A stretch of 64,000 nt of DNA. It comes from Hydrolagus colliei (taxonomy: Eukaryota). Within the stretch, counting starts at the first letter, position 1. The number at the start of each line of letters is the position of its first letter. The translations under genes were made by a program, and so were the position numbers. A model generated the notes under the pieces. The model saw nothing but the letters and a program-made list of their open reading frames with translations, was not told the DNA's origin and made no database searches. The stretch lies in assembly GCA_035084275.1 (NCBI GenBank), contig CM068755.1:12462001-12526000 (forward strand). Direction: 5' to 3'. Positions 13,875-26,900 of this stretch are shown here, in pieces.

Positions 13875-13930
13875 TTCAGTCTCAGTTGTTGGCACTCTTG
13901 CCTCTAGGCCAGAAGGTCATATGTTCAAAC
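13875..13930 (+). mobile_element. tRNA-derived SINE head remnant
   Basis: ctcagttgttggcactcttgcctctaggccagaaggtcatatgttcaaac, similar to the head at 5760-5818. Confidence 0.55.
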
Positions 13931-14338
13931 AGGAAATGCCACATCCCAATAGTGGCTCAAAATGTATTGCTTAACGATATCCTCAAAATCTATATAAAAG
14001 TCTTCCTTATCAAATCAAATTGCAGTACATTAATGCCTGACTAACGACAGAGAACAGAGCAAAGGTTTGTAGAAAGGGAACAGTCTTACAGTCAAATTCA
14101 AAGGATATTGAAGGAAACAAAGGTGAAACTCACAATACATGATGACTCACAGATGTACACGTAATTTCGCCAAAATTGTCAAAGAATGACCTGATCGATT
14201 CACACATTTGAATAAGTCCTCTTGACCTACATCAAAGCTGTTTAGGTTTTGCAATATTCAACAGAAATGTAACCCATTCCATTATAACAGACATGTTCAG
14301 TTCTCTATTGACCAAGAACAAGCGACTTGCTTGCTTAC

Positions 14339-14558
14339 TTATTATCAGAGCAGTTGGAAGTAGCTCCCGCCTTCTGCAGGAGAACAATGCCACATGTTAA
14401 GTCAGTTATGACGACTGCCGCACCCTCCGTGTTAGCATCAACATAAAACGTTTTTAACAAAGTTATCTTAAATTGAGGGCCAGTAGTATCTAAGCTTGGA
14501 GGAAATGAACAAGAGATGAGCCATTTCTTTACTTCGATGTGGATGTCAATAATTTGTC
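14339..14558 (-). CDS. Internal coding exon (220 nt, phase 1-2) of the same unidentified gene: QIIDIHIEVKKWLISCSFPPSLDTTGPQFKITLLKTFYVDANTEGAAVVITDLTCGIVLLQKAGATSNCSDN
   Basis: Acceptor cctcttttgaattatgtag|GA, 72 open codons, donor AATAA|gtaagc. The ORF stops immediately inside the intron. Splices in frame to exon 316-396. Confidence 0.8.
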
Positions 14559-14762
14559 CTACATAATTCAAAAGAGGTCAAAGTATCCAATTCAAAATGT
14601 TGACTGTAACAAGTTTAGTTCTAATTTCTCTTCCGTGAGCAAAGCTTGCCCTGCTACCAAAAAATGCACTGTCATCTATCAATGTCAATTGCGGTATTTA
14701 TTTCCGTTTCCCTGGCTACTTTCATTATTCCTGGCCAACAACCCCCCAGATAAAAAAATAAT

Positions 14763-14918
14763 GGGTCATTCACTTTGTGGCATTGTTGTTCAAAATTTGT
14801 CTGCAGTATTTGCCTAAAAATGTATCGTCACTGTACTTCACAGTAATATCCTTTAAAGCATTTTGAGACATCACGATGACATGATAAGGCATTATATCAA
14901 ATGCAAGAATTATTATTA
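14763..14918 (+). mobile_element. SINE 3' tail
   Basis: ggtcattcac...ttttgagacatcacgatgacatgataaggcattatatcaaatgcaagaattattatt. Confidence 0.75.
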
Positions 14919-15327
14919 ACAGTTTGAAAGAATCTACAAATATGCAAAGTAGGGCTTCTTTGTTATTTAAAGTTTTTAAAATCCTCATGACACTAGGTTA
15001 GGGTGCAAAATGAGTATTGTGATACATATCTTAATGGAAGACAACTTCTGACAGATGAACATAATACAACGTATCCTAGTTTTCCTTTGACAAATGTATG
15101 ACTGATTCTGTACAAAGAAATCCTGAGGCACATTCAGCATTGCATTTCATTTCTAAGACGGTTGTCAGGAAATAAAAGAATATCTTGAACACAGACTTAA
15201 AATTTGATATTCATAATTGTCCGTGTACAATCCCTGAATATCTTTATAACTTTGGTTAGCCAATACATTTAGATCAGTTACCAGTGGAAATGATAAAAGA
15301 GAAATGTGTTCTTTTCTAGTAGCGCAG

Positions 15328-15530
15328 AACAACAACAACAACAATTTAGACTTATAGAGCGCCTTTCACGTCGGGAGGACGTCCCAAGGCGCTGCACAGG
15401 AGGCGTGTGACCCAAGCTGGGAGGGGAATGTTCGGGAGGGGGTAAAAAACGTGGGGGAGGTCAAAAACGTAGGGGGGGAACAAAAGGCACGGTCAAAAAG
15501 GAAAGTCTTCAAACCGGACATTTGAAAGAT
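15328..15530 (-). mobile_element. L2 LINE 3' end (different 3' UTR variant)
   Basis: (AAC)5...agcgcctttcacgtcgggaggacgtcccaaggcgct with CpGs intact; the upstream sequence differs from the 7027 and 11443 copies. Confidence 0.8.
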
Positions 15531-16389
15531 GTTGAAAAAAGGAAAAAAAAACATCTACTTGTATAAATTGCTTTAGGCACACATAAAATTACAACTTTTC
15601 TTGTGAAAAATTGGTCCAAGAGCAAAGTTTTAAAATGTGTGAAGGATACATTTTCACTTAATTATTTGCAAGACATTCTTTTTGGGTACAACTGTTATTT
15701 ACATACCCATAGATTGTAGATGAATTCCAGGCAAAAGGCTTTTTCCCCACATCGTTGACAAGACGTGGTGCAGACCTTCTTAAATTAATTGGATACTGGA
15801 GAAATTTTATGGAACTTAAACAGGCTCTCGTCCCTTATGAACAATTCCAGTGGAAACTTTAACGGTCAGTTAATGAGTTAGAAATTTGTGGTTACTGGTC
15901 TGCAAAGAGTTAACAGGCTTTTGTTATATGGCTCTGGTTCTTAAATTGATGATTAATGATGTAGAGTACAAGACAAAAGAGTACGAAGTCACCTTAGATC
16001 ACTGGCGTGTATTGGAGCTGAAAATAGACTTGTTATTAACAGAAATTTAGTGCTATACAACTTAATGGTGGGAAAATTCTTATATATGGATCAAACTTGC
16101 TTTTAGAAGAGGTTGCTATAATTTGTCTTTGCTCCTAAGCGATGCGATAAGCATTTCATGTGTAACATTAGGCGACAGGCAGATATCAATGTTTTGAGAG
16201 ATTCATACACCATTTTCTTCGCCATCCCTTCCCATCCCCCAAAATGCTCATTGTGTTTTGAAACAGAGATGCAACAGGTTGGAGCTAGTCATGCATTGGC
16301 TCCTGTTTGAGTTTCATGGAGACTCTTCATTGCATTGTTAACTACTTAAATTACTTAAGTAATGAAATAAATAAAATAATCTTAAGTAA

Positions 16390-16478
16390 TCCGGGTTCTG
16401 ACCCCCAACTGTTCCATGCCTTGGGATGTCATCCTGACATGAAAGGCGCTCTACAAATGTAATTATGTTGTTATTGTT
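16390..16478 (+). mobile_element. L2 3' tail
   Basis: gccttgggatgtcatcctgacatgaaaggcgctctacaaatgtaattatgttgtt. Confidence 0.8.
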
Positions 16479-16770
16479 AAGTAAGGCCATTAAATAAAAT
16501 CATGGTATTCTAACTGTATAAAATGGTTGGCAGAAGGAGACACAAAACATCTTCTGGCTAAATAATAGTGACTAGCTGTATGAGTAATGAAAGAATGGAA
16601 GGGAGAAACTTATTACTGTCACTTTCAATGTAGTATGTCCTATGATACCATAGAACTGAGAGAAAGTAACATGACAATTACAAAGGTTGTTGTTATGTAA
16701 AATATGATTAGTTAGACCTTCCAGACAGTCTGCAAAAGAAGAATGGGTGCAACCTACATACAAGACTGAA

Positions 16771-16832
16771 TAACAACAACAGCAAAACAAATACATTTGT
16801 ATGCCGCCTTTCACATCAGGGAGACGTCCCAA
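16771..16832 (-). mobile_element. L2 3' tail
   Basis: aacaacaac...acatttgtatgccgcctttcacatcagggagacgtccca. Confidence 0.75.
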
Positions 16833-17199
16833 CACAAGTGATTGCGTTGAATTTACTTTTGTCTAATCGCAATATATTGTATGTTTTAAGAGTTCGCTTT
16901 AATGTTCGATCAAGCAATAGTTTGATCACACCATTTTCATGTCATCACAGAGGGCAATCTGATTGAACACTCTTAATAACAATTGGGATACATTTCTGGG
17001 TCCTAGAAATGTTTGCATACAGTGTACGGGCATAGCAGTCCTGTGGGTTTAACAGTCATCCTCTGGGGATGAAACTCTTGGATGTTAGTAGAGTCATCAC
17101 AGAAACATCGATTGAGCTTATTGACCGTGGTGGAGATGAAATGAAGGTCACTGTTGCTTCCTCTTTTGAGTCACTGGCAGGACATAACTCAAGCTTTAA

Positions 17200-17585
17200 C
17201 CAGAATCACATTCACCTACATTGAAACATGATGGGCACTGTTTCACGGGTGATTCATCTCCACAGACATTTGCAGCAAAGGTTACAGAAGTGGCAACAAT
17301 GCCACCATCACTGACTACTGCCAAGGTTTTCAGTGTCACCAATTGCACATGAGAAGGTTGGAGCGACATAGCTGTAAGTGTGTACATTAAATCAGTTGCG
17401 AGGTCTTCCATTCCATCAATGTGTAGTTGTTTGGAGATGCACAAAGAAGGATCTTGTAAATTACTGCATAATTCTTGGGGTCAACAAATGACTTCTTCAC
17501 CTCAGTCAGCCAACGGAACCTGAGGAAAGACTGAAGGGCTGCCTCAGTCTGTATCATATCCCGATGTATACACTGGCAACCCATT
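17200..17585 (-). pseudogene. Probable frameshifted hAT transposase fossil
   Basis: Overlapping minus ORFs give FRWLTEVK...NYAVIYKIL and DLMYTLTAMSLQ, resembling hAT RWLS...NY and D-L-xx-L-xx-LS-x-FQ motifs; recognised by eye. Confidence 0.4.
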
Positions 17586-18399
17586 CTGAATATATTTTGT
17601 ATGTGTCAGTGCACTGTGGAAGAAATTTCCTAAATTTGTGTGCAGTTTTACTGCCATTTTACCTCCTGGGTCTTTCAGATTTATTCAAAATGTTGATTTC
17701 AGCTTTAACAGCTTTTGTGTTCATTGGAGAAATGCAAATGCACGATTTAAGCACAAATGACCTCAATAGAGGTGTGCTGGTCAAAATCTTATCAAAGAAT
17801 GGCCAGATGCCCGTAATGTGCAGTTAATGAAGAATTATAAGGGACTTACTAGAGACCACATTGTGTATAACCTTAAATTCAAAATTTGCTTCAATGAAAA
17901 AACAGATATTTAGAATGGTGGATGAACATGAGTGAACATCCGCTTCTCAGAGTTAGAAAGGCCCAATGTAGAAGTGTCATAGTAAATCACCAGTCAAGTC
18001 AGCATTCTGCAAATGAACCAGACTTTGCATGGACATTTTTATTACTTGGATGTTAAAATATTAATTAATATTTTAAAGGACGAAAAAGGATTCTGTGTGA
18101 TGTCATTTCCAATGTATCCAACTATTTGTCTGCTGAAGGCGATTATTTCACCAGCATTCAGTTTTGCTAAGAGTTGATTCTTCATATGCACTTTCTGTAG
18201 CACCTCATCCAGGACATTAATTTTTAGTCTTTAGTTGAAGTTCGTTTATTTCAAATTATGCTCATGATTTCGATCTTGCTTGAGCCTACTTTGCCTATTG
18301 AGTTGAAATTCCATGTAACGTTAAACCTAGCAATGTCAACCTCTGAAGGGATTTCCCCATTCTAATCGTGTATCATTAAAGATGCCTCACGGAGCATCT

Positions 18400-18680
18400 A
18401 CTGCAATTTCAGCCTATATGTTTTCAAGCATTTTAAGGAGATATATCATAGCCCCAATCAACCTAAATTACTCCAATACAAAGTTCAAGTCTGGGATCAC
18501 CTCTTTCGAATCGGTTAGAATGTTGCTTCCTGGAGCCTATCTTTCTGGACCTTCTCCAACACACCAACGTTGTCCTGACCCCAAACTGTACAGTATTCAA
18601 AACGTGGCCTCAGTAGCAGTAATCTGTACGCAGTTCTTTTGACTTACTGACAAATACCTTTTGATGTGTCATCTAATATT
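18400..18680 (-). mobile_element. Old CR1 LINE ORF2 fragment
   Basis: Minus strand reads LLRPRFEYCTVWG...VLEKVQK, compare CR1 LVRPHLEYC..W...LEKVQRR. Confidence 0.65.
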
Positions 18681-19679
18681 GGATTATTAGTACTGTACCA
18701 GGAACATTTCTGGAATTTTGTACAAACTGTGCAGCAGCTAAGTATCCAGCCCATACTTTACAAGGTTAAGTGATAACCTTGAAAACTTTTAATAGGTGGT
18801 TTGCCAGTTTGTTCACTAGCCATAGTTGCAGTTTAAAAAAAATATCGAGTCCACAGAAAGCAGGTGACACTTTTATTCTGCTGAAGTTGTTATTAGCACA
18901 AGTGAATTACATGCTGGCAGTCACAGCCTAGTTCCAACTACACATAAATCAGCAGAATATTAATTCTGGCACCTAATTAGATAAGTCCAATCTGTGAAGG
19001 GCCTGAGATTCAGTATGTGTAGAATGGATTACCTGGAGGACATTTACAAACTACATTTCGGGAGTGAATGATGTAACGCCACTTTGTTCCATCACTCAAG
19101 CAATTTTGCTTCTTCATTGTTTCTTGTTTCGTGATGTTCTACATTTAAGTAATCCTTCACCTTGGTACAAATATTAACAATAGAACAAAGTTAAGGACAA
19201 TACGATGCAGTCCTCAAGGCAAGCACTCACTTACAGATTTAATAGCCACCGTACCTTCCTTGTGAAAATGTAAATGTTGTTCACAAGTAATCGGCCCACA
19301 AGGTCAAAGGCACAGATTTTTTTTTCCAAGTAGATAATTAACGCTACTTGTTTTAATAAACAGGAAAATATTGTTATTATTACTTTGAAATTTAATAATA
19401 TTTTTAGAAGAAAGGAAATACCTGTCAAAATTTCTGCAAAATTAATACTTCACAGAAGTGGAGGCCTTGGGCTGGACTGTCTTTTCTTGGCTGAGAGAAT
19501 TATCCACATTTTAGTATTGGGAGATTGTGAAGAACATTTTTTCTTTCCATTTGTATACCTTCATCTGTGTCCAAACTGGTAAATGGGAGGGAAGGATGTG
19601 AGTACAGTTTGTTCCCACGTATTGCTTCATATTTGCAAAACAATTTCAATACATGTAGAATCTTGTAGCTTAGGGTTAG

Positions 19680-20050
19680 TCTTAGGGTTAAAGCACTCGC
19701 CTCTCAAGTGAGTTAGATTACCAGGCAAAGCAGAATATTGGGGAACGTTTCCTTACTCCACACGTCTCTGTTTACTTAGCAGTAAGGAGGAACCCAGTTG
19801 TTTGTCGATTGACAGACTGCTTTTGTGAGCGGTAATAAACATATAATAAAATAATACTAAAGATTGTAAATTAGTCACAAAATCTACAACTGCTTGTGGA
19901 GCAGTGCTGTGTGCAATTGGCTGCAGTATTTCGCCCACAAAATACATAGTCAATTCACTTTTCAGTATATTCTGTAAAACACTTTGAGATGTCTCAAAGA
20001 GGTGATAAAAAGCCATATCAAATGCAAGGATGATGATTATTATTATTACT
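19680..20050 (+). mobile_element. Near full-length tRNA-derived SINE, long variant
   Basis: ggttaaagcactcgcctctcaag head, tttccttactccacacgtctctgtttacttagcagtaa core, and shared tail ending (TTA)n. Confidence 0.85.
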
Positions 20051-22849
20051 TAATTTGAAACTACAAAATTGAATAAGTGGAGTGGAGGAGACAGCAATCG
20101 AATATGTTGACGATTTAAAAGAAATGTGTTTTTAAGCTCTGTCACAGCCAGATAATAGTAGAACAATGTTTGAATGGTTGTGGTTAACAAGCATGTATGA
20201 AAATCGACTTCAGGTAAGTTACAATATATGTTTATAATCTGTTTGGATAATATATTGCCCTTATGGAGTCTGCCAGTGATTGCAGGAATTATTGCAAAAG
20301 ATGGGAAAATGCATCTTCATGTTGCAAAGCAGCCATAGAAAGGAAACCAATGATTGTCACCATAGTAATTAGCTGGAATACCAGTGAAGAACAGGGAGAA
20401 ATAAACAAGTCAGCTACTGGTTCAACACTAATAATATCTAGCATCTGAGGTAGGAATGAGAAGACATCTCCACCGTTCTCACCTCCTCCCATCCCTCAAA
20501 AACCCTTTAGCCATATTTCCTTGATTTAACACAACGCTTATAAAAGCCTCAGGGTGTGAGGAGACATACTCTAACATGAATTATGCACATACACGTGCCA
20601 ATAGGAAAACAATTAACTGTGAACCGGTGCTGTTTTTCTCTTCTGGAAAAAAAGCATGATTATTTCATCTTTAAATAGTCTGTAAAAGTGACATTTTATT
20701 TCTTGATTAGGAAGCAATGAGGCAGAGCACTACGGCTGTTCGCAGAGACATTCTTTTTGATCCATTTGGATTCACTAATTATATTAATTAACTTAACAGC
20801 AAGCGTGAAGATTATTTATGAAGCATGAACATTATAGGTTTTTAATTGTGTTTCTATATGAATCTGCTATTCCATAATTTTTCAGCATATTCTAGATAGC
20901 AGGTGAATGCTTATCAACTTAACTGCTTACTAATGTTTTGCTGGAATAGTAGTTATTCTGATCCTCTTTGTAAATTGGGTGGAAGCCTTTTTTGTATACT
21001 TGTTTTGGACATTGATTTCCCTTTTGTTCCTTTCGATCTTCTCTCGACATTACTTGACAATGAGGGATGCAACACAACCCTGACCTTTATCAGCCTGAAG
21101 GTGACCTCTGACTTTTGTTTCGGGACCTCCGACCTCGTTGCTGACAACTTGATTAATTGTCCAGTGTTATGATTTATGAGTATCTCCTCAGCATAATTAA
21201 CAGGCAACAGGTGGCTGAACAAAACTTTGCTTGGCAGGCAGATTTGTTCAAACTTATCTCAACCTTCAAAAGAATGAAAGATTATGTTGAAGAAAATGGA
21301 AAACATCCTTCACTTAACATGTGGGCCTTGATTTCAACTAGATTTTAACAAAATCACCAATGTTGTTCAAAAATGCATGGCATATGAAATAACTATTAGC
21401 ATTTGAGAGAATTTGCCCTTTACATTTCCTTCCCTCCCACCACAAAACAACTTTGGTCTAGATCCCCTCATTGTTCAGATGAATTAAACACTCCACATAT
21501 TGGGACATGGATATGTTGAATCACTCAAAATGAGACGTTTTGGTTAGAACCCATGTGCCATAAGGAGTATTGGCCATTTTGTGCTATTTAACACACTTTT
21601 GATCAGAGTTGGGTAAATAGCATTAGACTGAGTGACAATAAAGTTAGACTCTTGCACATGGCAGAATATCTCTGAAGTTGTTGCCATTAGTATTATTTTT
21701 TATGGCAGATTGTTGCAAGAAAGACTATCAATTGTCACAGGCTGATTGCTAAAAATGACAAGCCTTGTCCTACTTGATAGATGGGATTATCGAATTTACC
21801 ATTTGGTCTGTGGCTAAATGGCAATATTGGAATTTGTGATTCCAAGTATGTGGGCTGTGTATTTGTTCCACAATGCCAATCGTGCCTCAGACTCTGTCCC
21901 TTCATGAAAAGCCTGTATTCAATAGCAATAACTCAGAGTATTACAGAGCAATCTCAGAATCATCATTTAGGTAGCACAAATATCATGGCATACTACCATG
22001 TGATGCCCCCGATAAAGGGGCAAGGGTTGAATGGACACATCAAGTTTTCAATATGAAGACCACTACTGTGAAGAGATGGATACTGAGTGCAGGTCACTCA
22101 ACCTCCAATAAGAGGCAGGATGGATTTAAAGGAGCCCAAGTAATTGTCTTGTGTCTAATATCTACTTGCAAATTTCATTTGCACGACATTAGGGGACAGG
22201 GTGGCTGCTTGTTCTCTTAGTTGCAAGGCTGGTCAAATATTTACAGGATACTACAAAGTGAAATGCCTGCTATATTTACTCCAACTAACTGGGCTCTGTT
22301 TCTTCAGTTTATAGATTTTAGATTTAGAAAAGGGCCTGAGGGGATAGAACTCATACTGAGCCACATTGCAGCCCTGACATCAAAGAGAAAATGTCTTTAC
22401 TTCCAACTAGTTTTTGAATGGTAAGCTTTCATGACATTAAAGTCATTGATCTGACTATGATATGCAATAGTAACCCTGAGATCTTTGCTGTCCTCTTGAA
22501 AACAACATCAATTACAGCTTGGCAAAGGACAGGCTTCAGAACTGTCCTCTTCTTAGAGAGCATGTCAAACTAATTTCCAAATGTGTGAAATAAGGCATCA
22601 ACGAAACCTAGTGAGTACTGAAATTACAGTTTGGGATGCCAACATTTTAGAAGTGGCAACTTACCCTGAACCTTCCTTTGAGAGTTGCAATATCTATTTA
22701 AGGGATTTGTTGGAAATGAGAGATTACCTGAATAAATGTACCATGACTGAGGTAGGAGTTCAGCAAAAGATCAAGTGTCTCATGAATGTATTGGGGAAGT
22801 CTCTGGATTCTTTCACCTGTGTCCAATAATAATCTGGGGAGAAAATCCA

Positions 22850-22902
22850 GAGACATACGATGGACCAAATGGTCTCCTTCTGTACTGAGAATGTCTATGT
22901 TT
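22850..22902 (+). mobile_element. CR1 3' terminus
   Basis: gatggaccaaatggtctccttctgtactg...ctatgttt. Confidence 0.55.
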
Positions 22903-23294
22903 AATACCTTAGGTTATTCTCACACAATGAAGGAAATAGATCTATAAGTGGGATCTAAATGATGGAGTGGGATCATACTGCTTCCCTCTGAGATCTGTCT
23001 CTGAGTCCCATATGCCTGTCAGATGACCTTAGGTTGCTTCTTTCACATCACTGTTCAATCCCCAGTACAATGTTCTGAGTCGAGTTGATTCCTGCCTCTT
23101 CATGAACCATACCATAGTGGATCAACATCATTGTTCTGTGGATCAAAGTACCTTCATTGTTTTAGAGCATACTTGGAAAAGAGATGTTCTATTTAGAAAA
23201 TGTATGCAGTAGCGTGGGCCTTTAATTTTTTTTTCTATTTATTGTAAAAAGAATTACATTTCTTATTTAAAATACCTCTTTCTTATAGAAAGGT

Positions 23295-23463
23295 TTGAAA
23301 TCCGTCACTATTTGTGGGACCTTGATGTGTGCAATTGGCTGCTGTGTTTTGCCAACGAATACTGTATACAGTCAATTCACTTTACAGTATATATTGTGAA
23401 ATGTGTTGAGACATCTAGATGGCATGAAAAGCACTGTATCAAATGCAAGGATTATTATTATAT
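23295..23463 (+). mobile_element. SINE 3' half
   Basis: ttgtgggaccttgatgtgtgcaattggctgc...tatcaaatgcaaggattattattat. Confidence 0.85.
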
Positions 23464-23629
23464 AAATCCTTTACATTATAACAAACGAAAATGACCTGTT
23501 TGCAATCATTCTTCAAAAGAAAAAATAAATTGCTTATTCTTGTTGTTATCCCTCCTCTTGTTCAAGGTAGGTCTGAAAACATACCCTCGTCAACTCCAGC
23601 TCTAACTTGGGTGTCCAGCCAATATTGCT

Positions 23630-23690
23630 AAGTGCTTTGAGACATCCTCCTGACATGAAAGGCATCACATAAATGTATATTGCATTGTAA
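23630..23690 (+). mobile_element. L2 3' tail
   Basis: agtgctttgagacatcctcctgacatgaaaggcatcacataaatgta. Confidence 0.7.
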
Positions 23691-24449
23691 TATCATTTTT
23701 GTGTTTGTATTAAACAAAAACAAAATTTCACATTCACATTCACTTTAAAACATTTTTGACTGCTTCAATCTGAAGATGAGGTATTTGTTTCCTTTCTATC
23801 TCTTTGAAAATAAATGTTACTATTGTCCTGTATCTGAAATTGATCAGTCACTCTCACGTTTTCTTGAAAATAATCTTTTGTCTCACAGAGCAAAACATAC
23901 TTGGCCATTTCACTCTCTATCATTCTTATAACCTAGTAGAAAAATAGCAAATGTCACAAATAGGTAAAATTTCTGCTCTGTACTTCTGCCTGTTTATTAA
24001 TTTACATATTAACAAGCAAGATGACCAGTCAGTGAAAAATAATGTACTCTAAGCTTTTGTTCCATGGATTACCCTATGATTGACTTCATAGTATAATTGC
24101 AGAAACATGTAGCTTTGGTAGTTGAGCAGTTGACTGACAAGTTGAATAGCATGGAGAATTTCAGGAAGGAAGTATTGTCACTGGCACAATGCTACATTAT
24201 AGTGGGAACATGTGAATTTTGTCTCCTGATTTCTTCTTTCCTGGAAATGTGTGGGTGTGTGCGTATGTGTGTGGGTGGGGGAGACATCAACTGCATAGTC
24301 CCTTCGTGGCCCACAGCCAATAGGCACTCTTCCCGTATAAGCCTCGATAGTGAGTATCAACAGACTATTTAAATGAAGGTAACATCACAAAGTCCTTTAC
24401 CCAATGGTCAATCACAAATATTTCCAGCAATGTGCATTGATGTCAAAAA

Positions 24450-24722
24450 CATAGCTTACCTGGGCCAACCACATCAACATCATGGCTACGGGAGCAGAAT
24501 AGAAGCAGTCTATGAGTCTCACCTCTTCGCTCCTCAAAGCATCTCCGCCTCTCAAGTCAGGAAAGGGATGCAATACTTACCACTTACCTGGGAGCAGGTC
24601 CAGCCATACATACTGCCATGAGGAATGTCGTAAGGAATGGAGTGAGTTGAGAAGAAGACTCCCACTACTGTCTCATGACAATAGTGGATGGGCAATAAAT
24701 AAATTCCAGCAATGCCATACCA
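24450..24722 (+). mobile_element. Degraded CR1/L2-group LINE ORF2 C-terminus and 3' end
   Basis: HINIMATGA...PQSISA.QVRKGMQYLPLTW resembles LINE ..QVRSVMEYSPLAW; ends ggatgggcaataaat...ccagcaatgcc. Confidence 0.6.
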
Positions 24723-25970
24723 GACCGTGTCAGAGCAAAAACACTTTAACGATAGTGGAAAACCAATATAAAGTGATATCCAGTAGGGATATATACCTGG
24801 ACAAGATGCAGTTAATTGCCCTACAGAATGATTAATGCAACAAAATTAAGACTGTTGGTATGCATATTGGTGATATGTTGGTCATTTCTCTCCTCACACC
24901 CAGCTTGGGTGCCCGACCAGGACCGTGAAGCTATGAGATTTCATCCAAATGTGAAAGGCACTGTATAATTGTGTCTTGTACAGTCAAGATGACATTGAGA
25001 AGCTGGGATATGCTGTCAACATTTTCTTGGTAGAAAAAACCTAGTAGTCTGGCAAATCATATTTGACAAATGATAGACAGCATTTATTTAACATGCAACA
25101 CCCTCCTATCTCATGCTTAGTTCTTAGAACTAATTCATATTTATCATCTAATCGACATGGCAAAAGTTAGTTTCAAGGTGAATCTTTCACAGTTTCGTGC
25201 AAATGGTAAATTTACTTCCTTGCAAGATCTTTAAAAGGCCTTTGTCACCAGATAACTTGTTACTACAGGCTGTACGATGTAAGAAACTAAAAATGTTAAG
25301 AAATAAGGGTATTTTAAATTTCAGAACATAAATGTTGCTATTAGCAGAAAGGAGCATTTAGTACACCACCAATAGCTACTCTGGTGAAAGAAAAGAATAA
25401 CTTAAAATACGAGGGATTTGTGTGTAGCTGTCTCAGATAGCACAACCATGAGAATATAGTATAAAAATCCACAAATGATATCTTCAGAATTAACTATAGC
25501 ACTCATTAAATGTAAAATTTCCACTTTGAAGCTTGTTTTACTATATCGGTGAATTTAGAAAGATAATTTAAAGCCTGAAAACAGTTCATAAGGACGTGTT
25601 CTGCATATTAACTGTAACTTGTTTGGAGTTCAACGTTTCACTTTAATTATACTTTTCCATTGATTTATTTTTCTTAAGGACTTCAAGAATCACATTAAAT
25701 AGACTTGAACACGTTTAACACAGATCTTTTTGAGGCTAAGCCCGATAAGACTGCCAGTATAAGCAATGTGGAACTATAAAATGTATTAATGTGGAATTGG
25801 ATTGGTATGACATAATTAGCAATGTGTTTAAAGTAAAAGTTTACTAGATGACAGTGACTCTCAAGTAGCCTGCCCAATCCAACATCAAAAATGTCCCTTT
25901 TCCTTCCCTCCGACCTTATTCTCCCCTTTTTATTATTGAGAAAGCTTTATATATCTATATCTATATACTG

Positions 25971-26268
25971 TAATAGTATTCCCTGCATTTGACATAGTGC
26001 TTTTCATGTCTCTATATGTCTCAAAGCACTTCATGGAATATACTGTGAAGTAATTGCCTGCATATATGTGGGTGAAACGCTGTAGCCAAATGTGCACAGC
26101 AATGTCCCACAAACAGTCGTGGATTCAAATGACCAAAATATTATTGTTGTTTTTAGGGATTATTATTAGCCGTGTGGAGCAAGGAAACTTGCTCAAAGTT
26201 TCGCCCTGCCTGGATTTGAATCCAGGTCTCTCTCTTGTAAGGTGAGTGCTCTAACCACTGAGTTATAG
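25971..26268 (-). mobile_element. Full-length tRNA-derived SINE, short variant
   Basis: Reverse complement: taactcagtggttagagcactc (A-box), ggattcaaatcc (B-box), gcaagtttccttgctccacac, shared tail. Confidence 0.9.
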
Positions 26269-26659
26269 TACTCCACATCTTGGGTCAAAGTCATAGCACT
26301 GAGGACAACCGTGGTGAAAAATGCACCAAAGTGTTTCATATTAAATCCATTGCAAGGATGTTCCACCAAGGAATATTGATCCACTGATGGGTTGAAAGAA
26401 GAAATGGCTTGATTAACTTCGGATATGAAAATAAGAGTATTATTTGATAGTTCAGCATATGTATTTGTTTTACTGTGACAATTAATTACAGTTTGTTTAA
26501 CTGTGAGGAGGTGAGGAGGGAGGAAAGCAAAACATTAGATGCAACAATGGGCTAACAAGTTATCTCTTTGGTGGGATATCTGATGATCTGGAGCTAATGT
26601 GGTCTCGCTTTATCCACATTTCAAAGCAACAAAAAACAAATGGAAAATATTGTGGCTGG

Positions 26660-26900
26660 ATGACATTAACAGGGAAGCTGCCAAACAGAATAATGCATAC
26701 CATGGTTGGTAAATGTATCACTAGCAAAGGAATCCCCCCAGCTATCTCAGATACCAGAACAGCGCAGCAACTCTTGCAAAATTAAACCAATGTGCACTAA
26801 ACACGATAGGAGTGAGGGATGAGAGCTTTGAGGAATGGATGGTGGAAGTACAGTTGCAACAGTGGAACATAACAGAATGGCAGCAGCATGATTAGAACAT
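26660..26900 (+). mobile_element. Possible RTE-clade LINE 3' fossil
   Basis: GKLPNRIMH...KGIPP weakly resembles RTE RLPK.IL...G.R..GRP; very degraded. Confidence 0.25.

Noticed and set aside
19228-19345. Minus-strand donor gtaagt with an open frame
   Set aside because: Poor acceptor, and it ends in phase 2 whereas the next exon needs phase 1
19670-19690. TTAGGG-like motifs
   Set aside because: Only two units; not an interstitial telomeric array
24576-24592. Two strong minus-strand splice donors
   Set aside because: They lie within a plus-strand LINE fossil with no supporting exon
26200-26268. tRNA-like A/B boxes
   Set aside because: A SINE head continuous with the SINE body; no full cloverleaf
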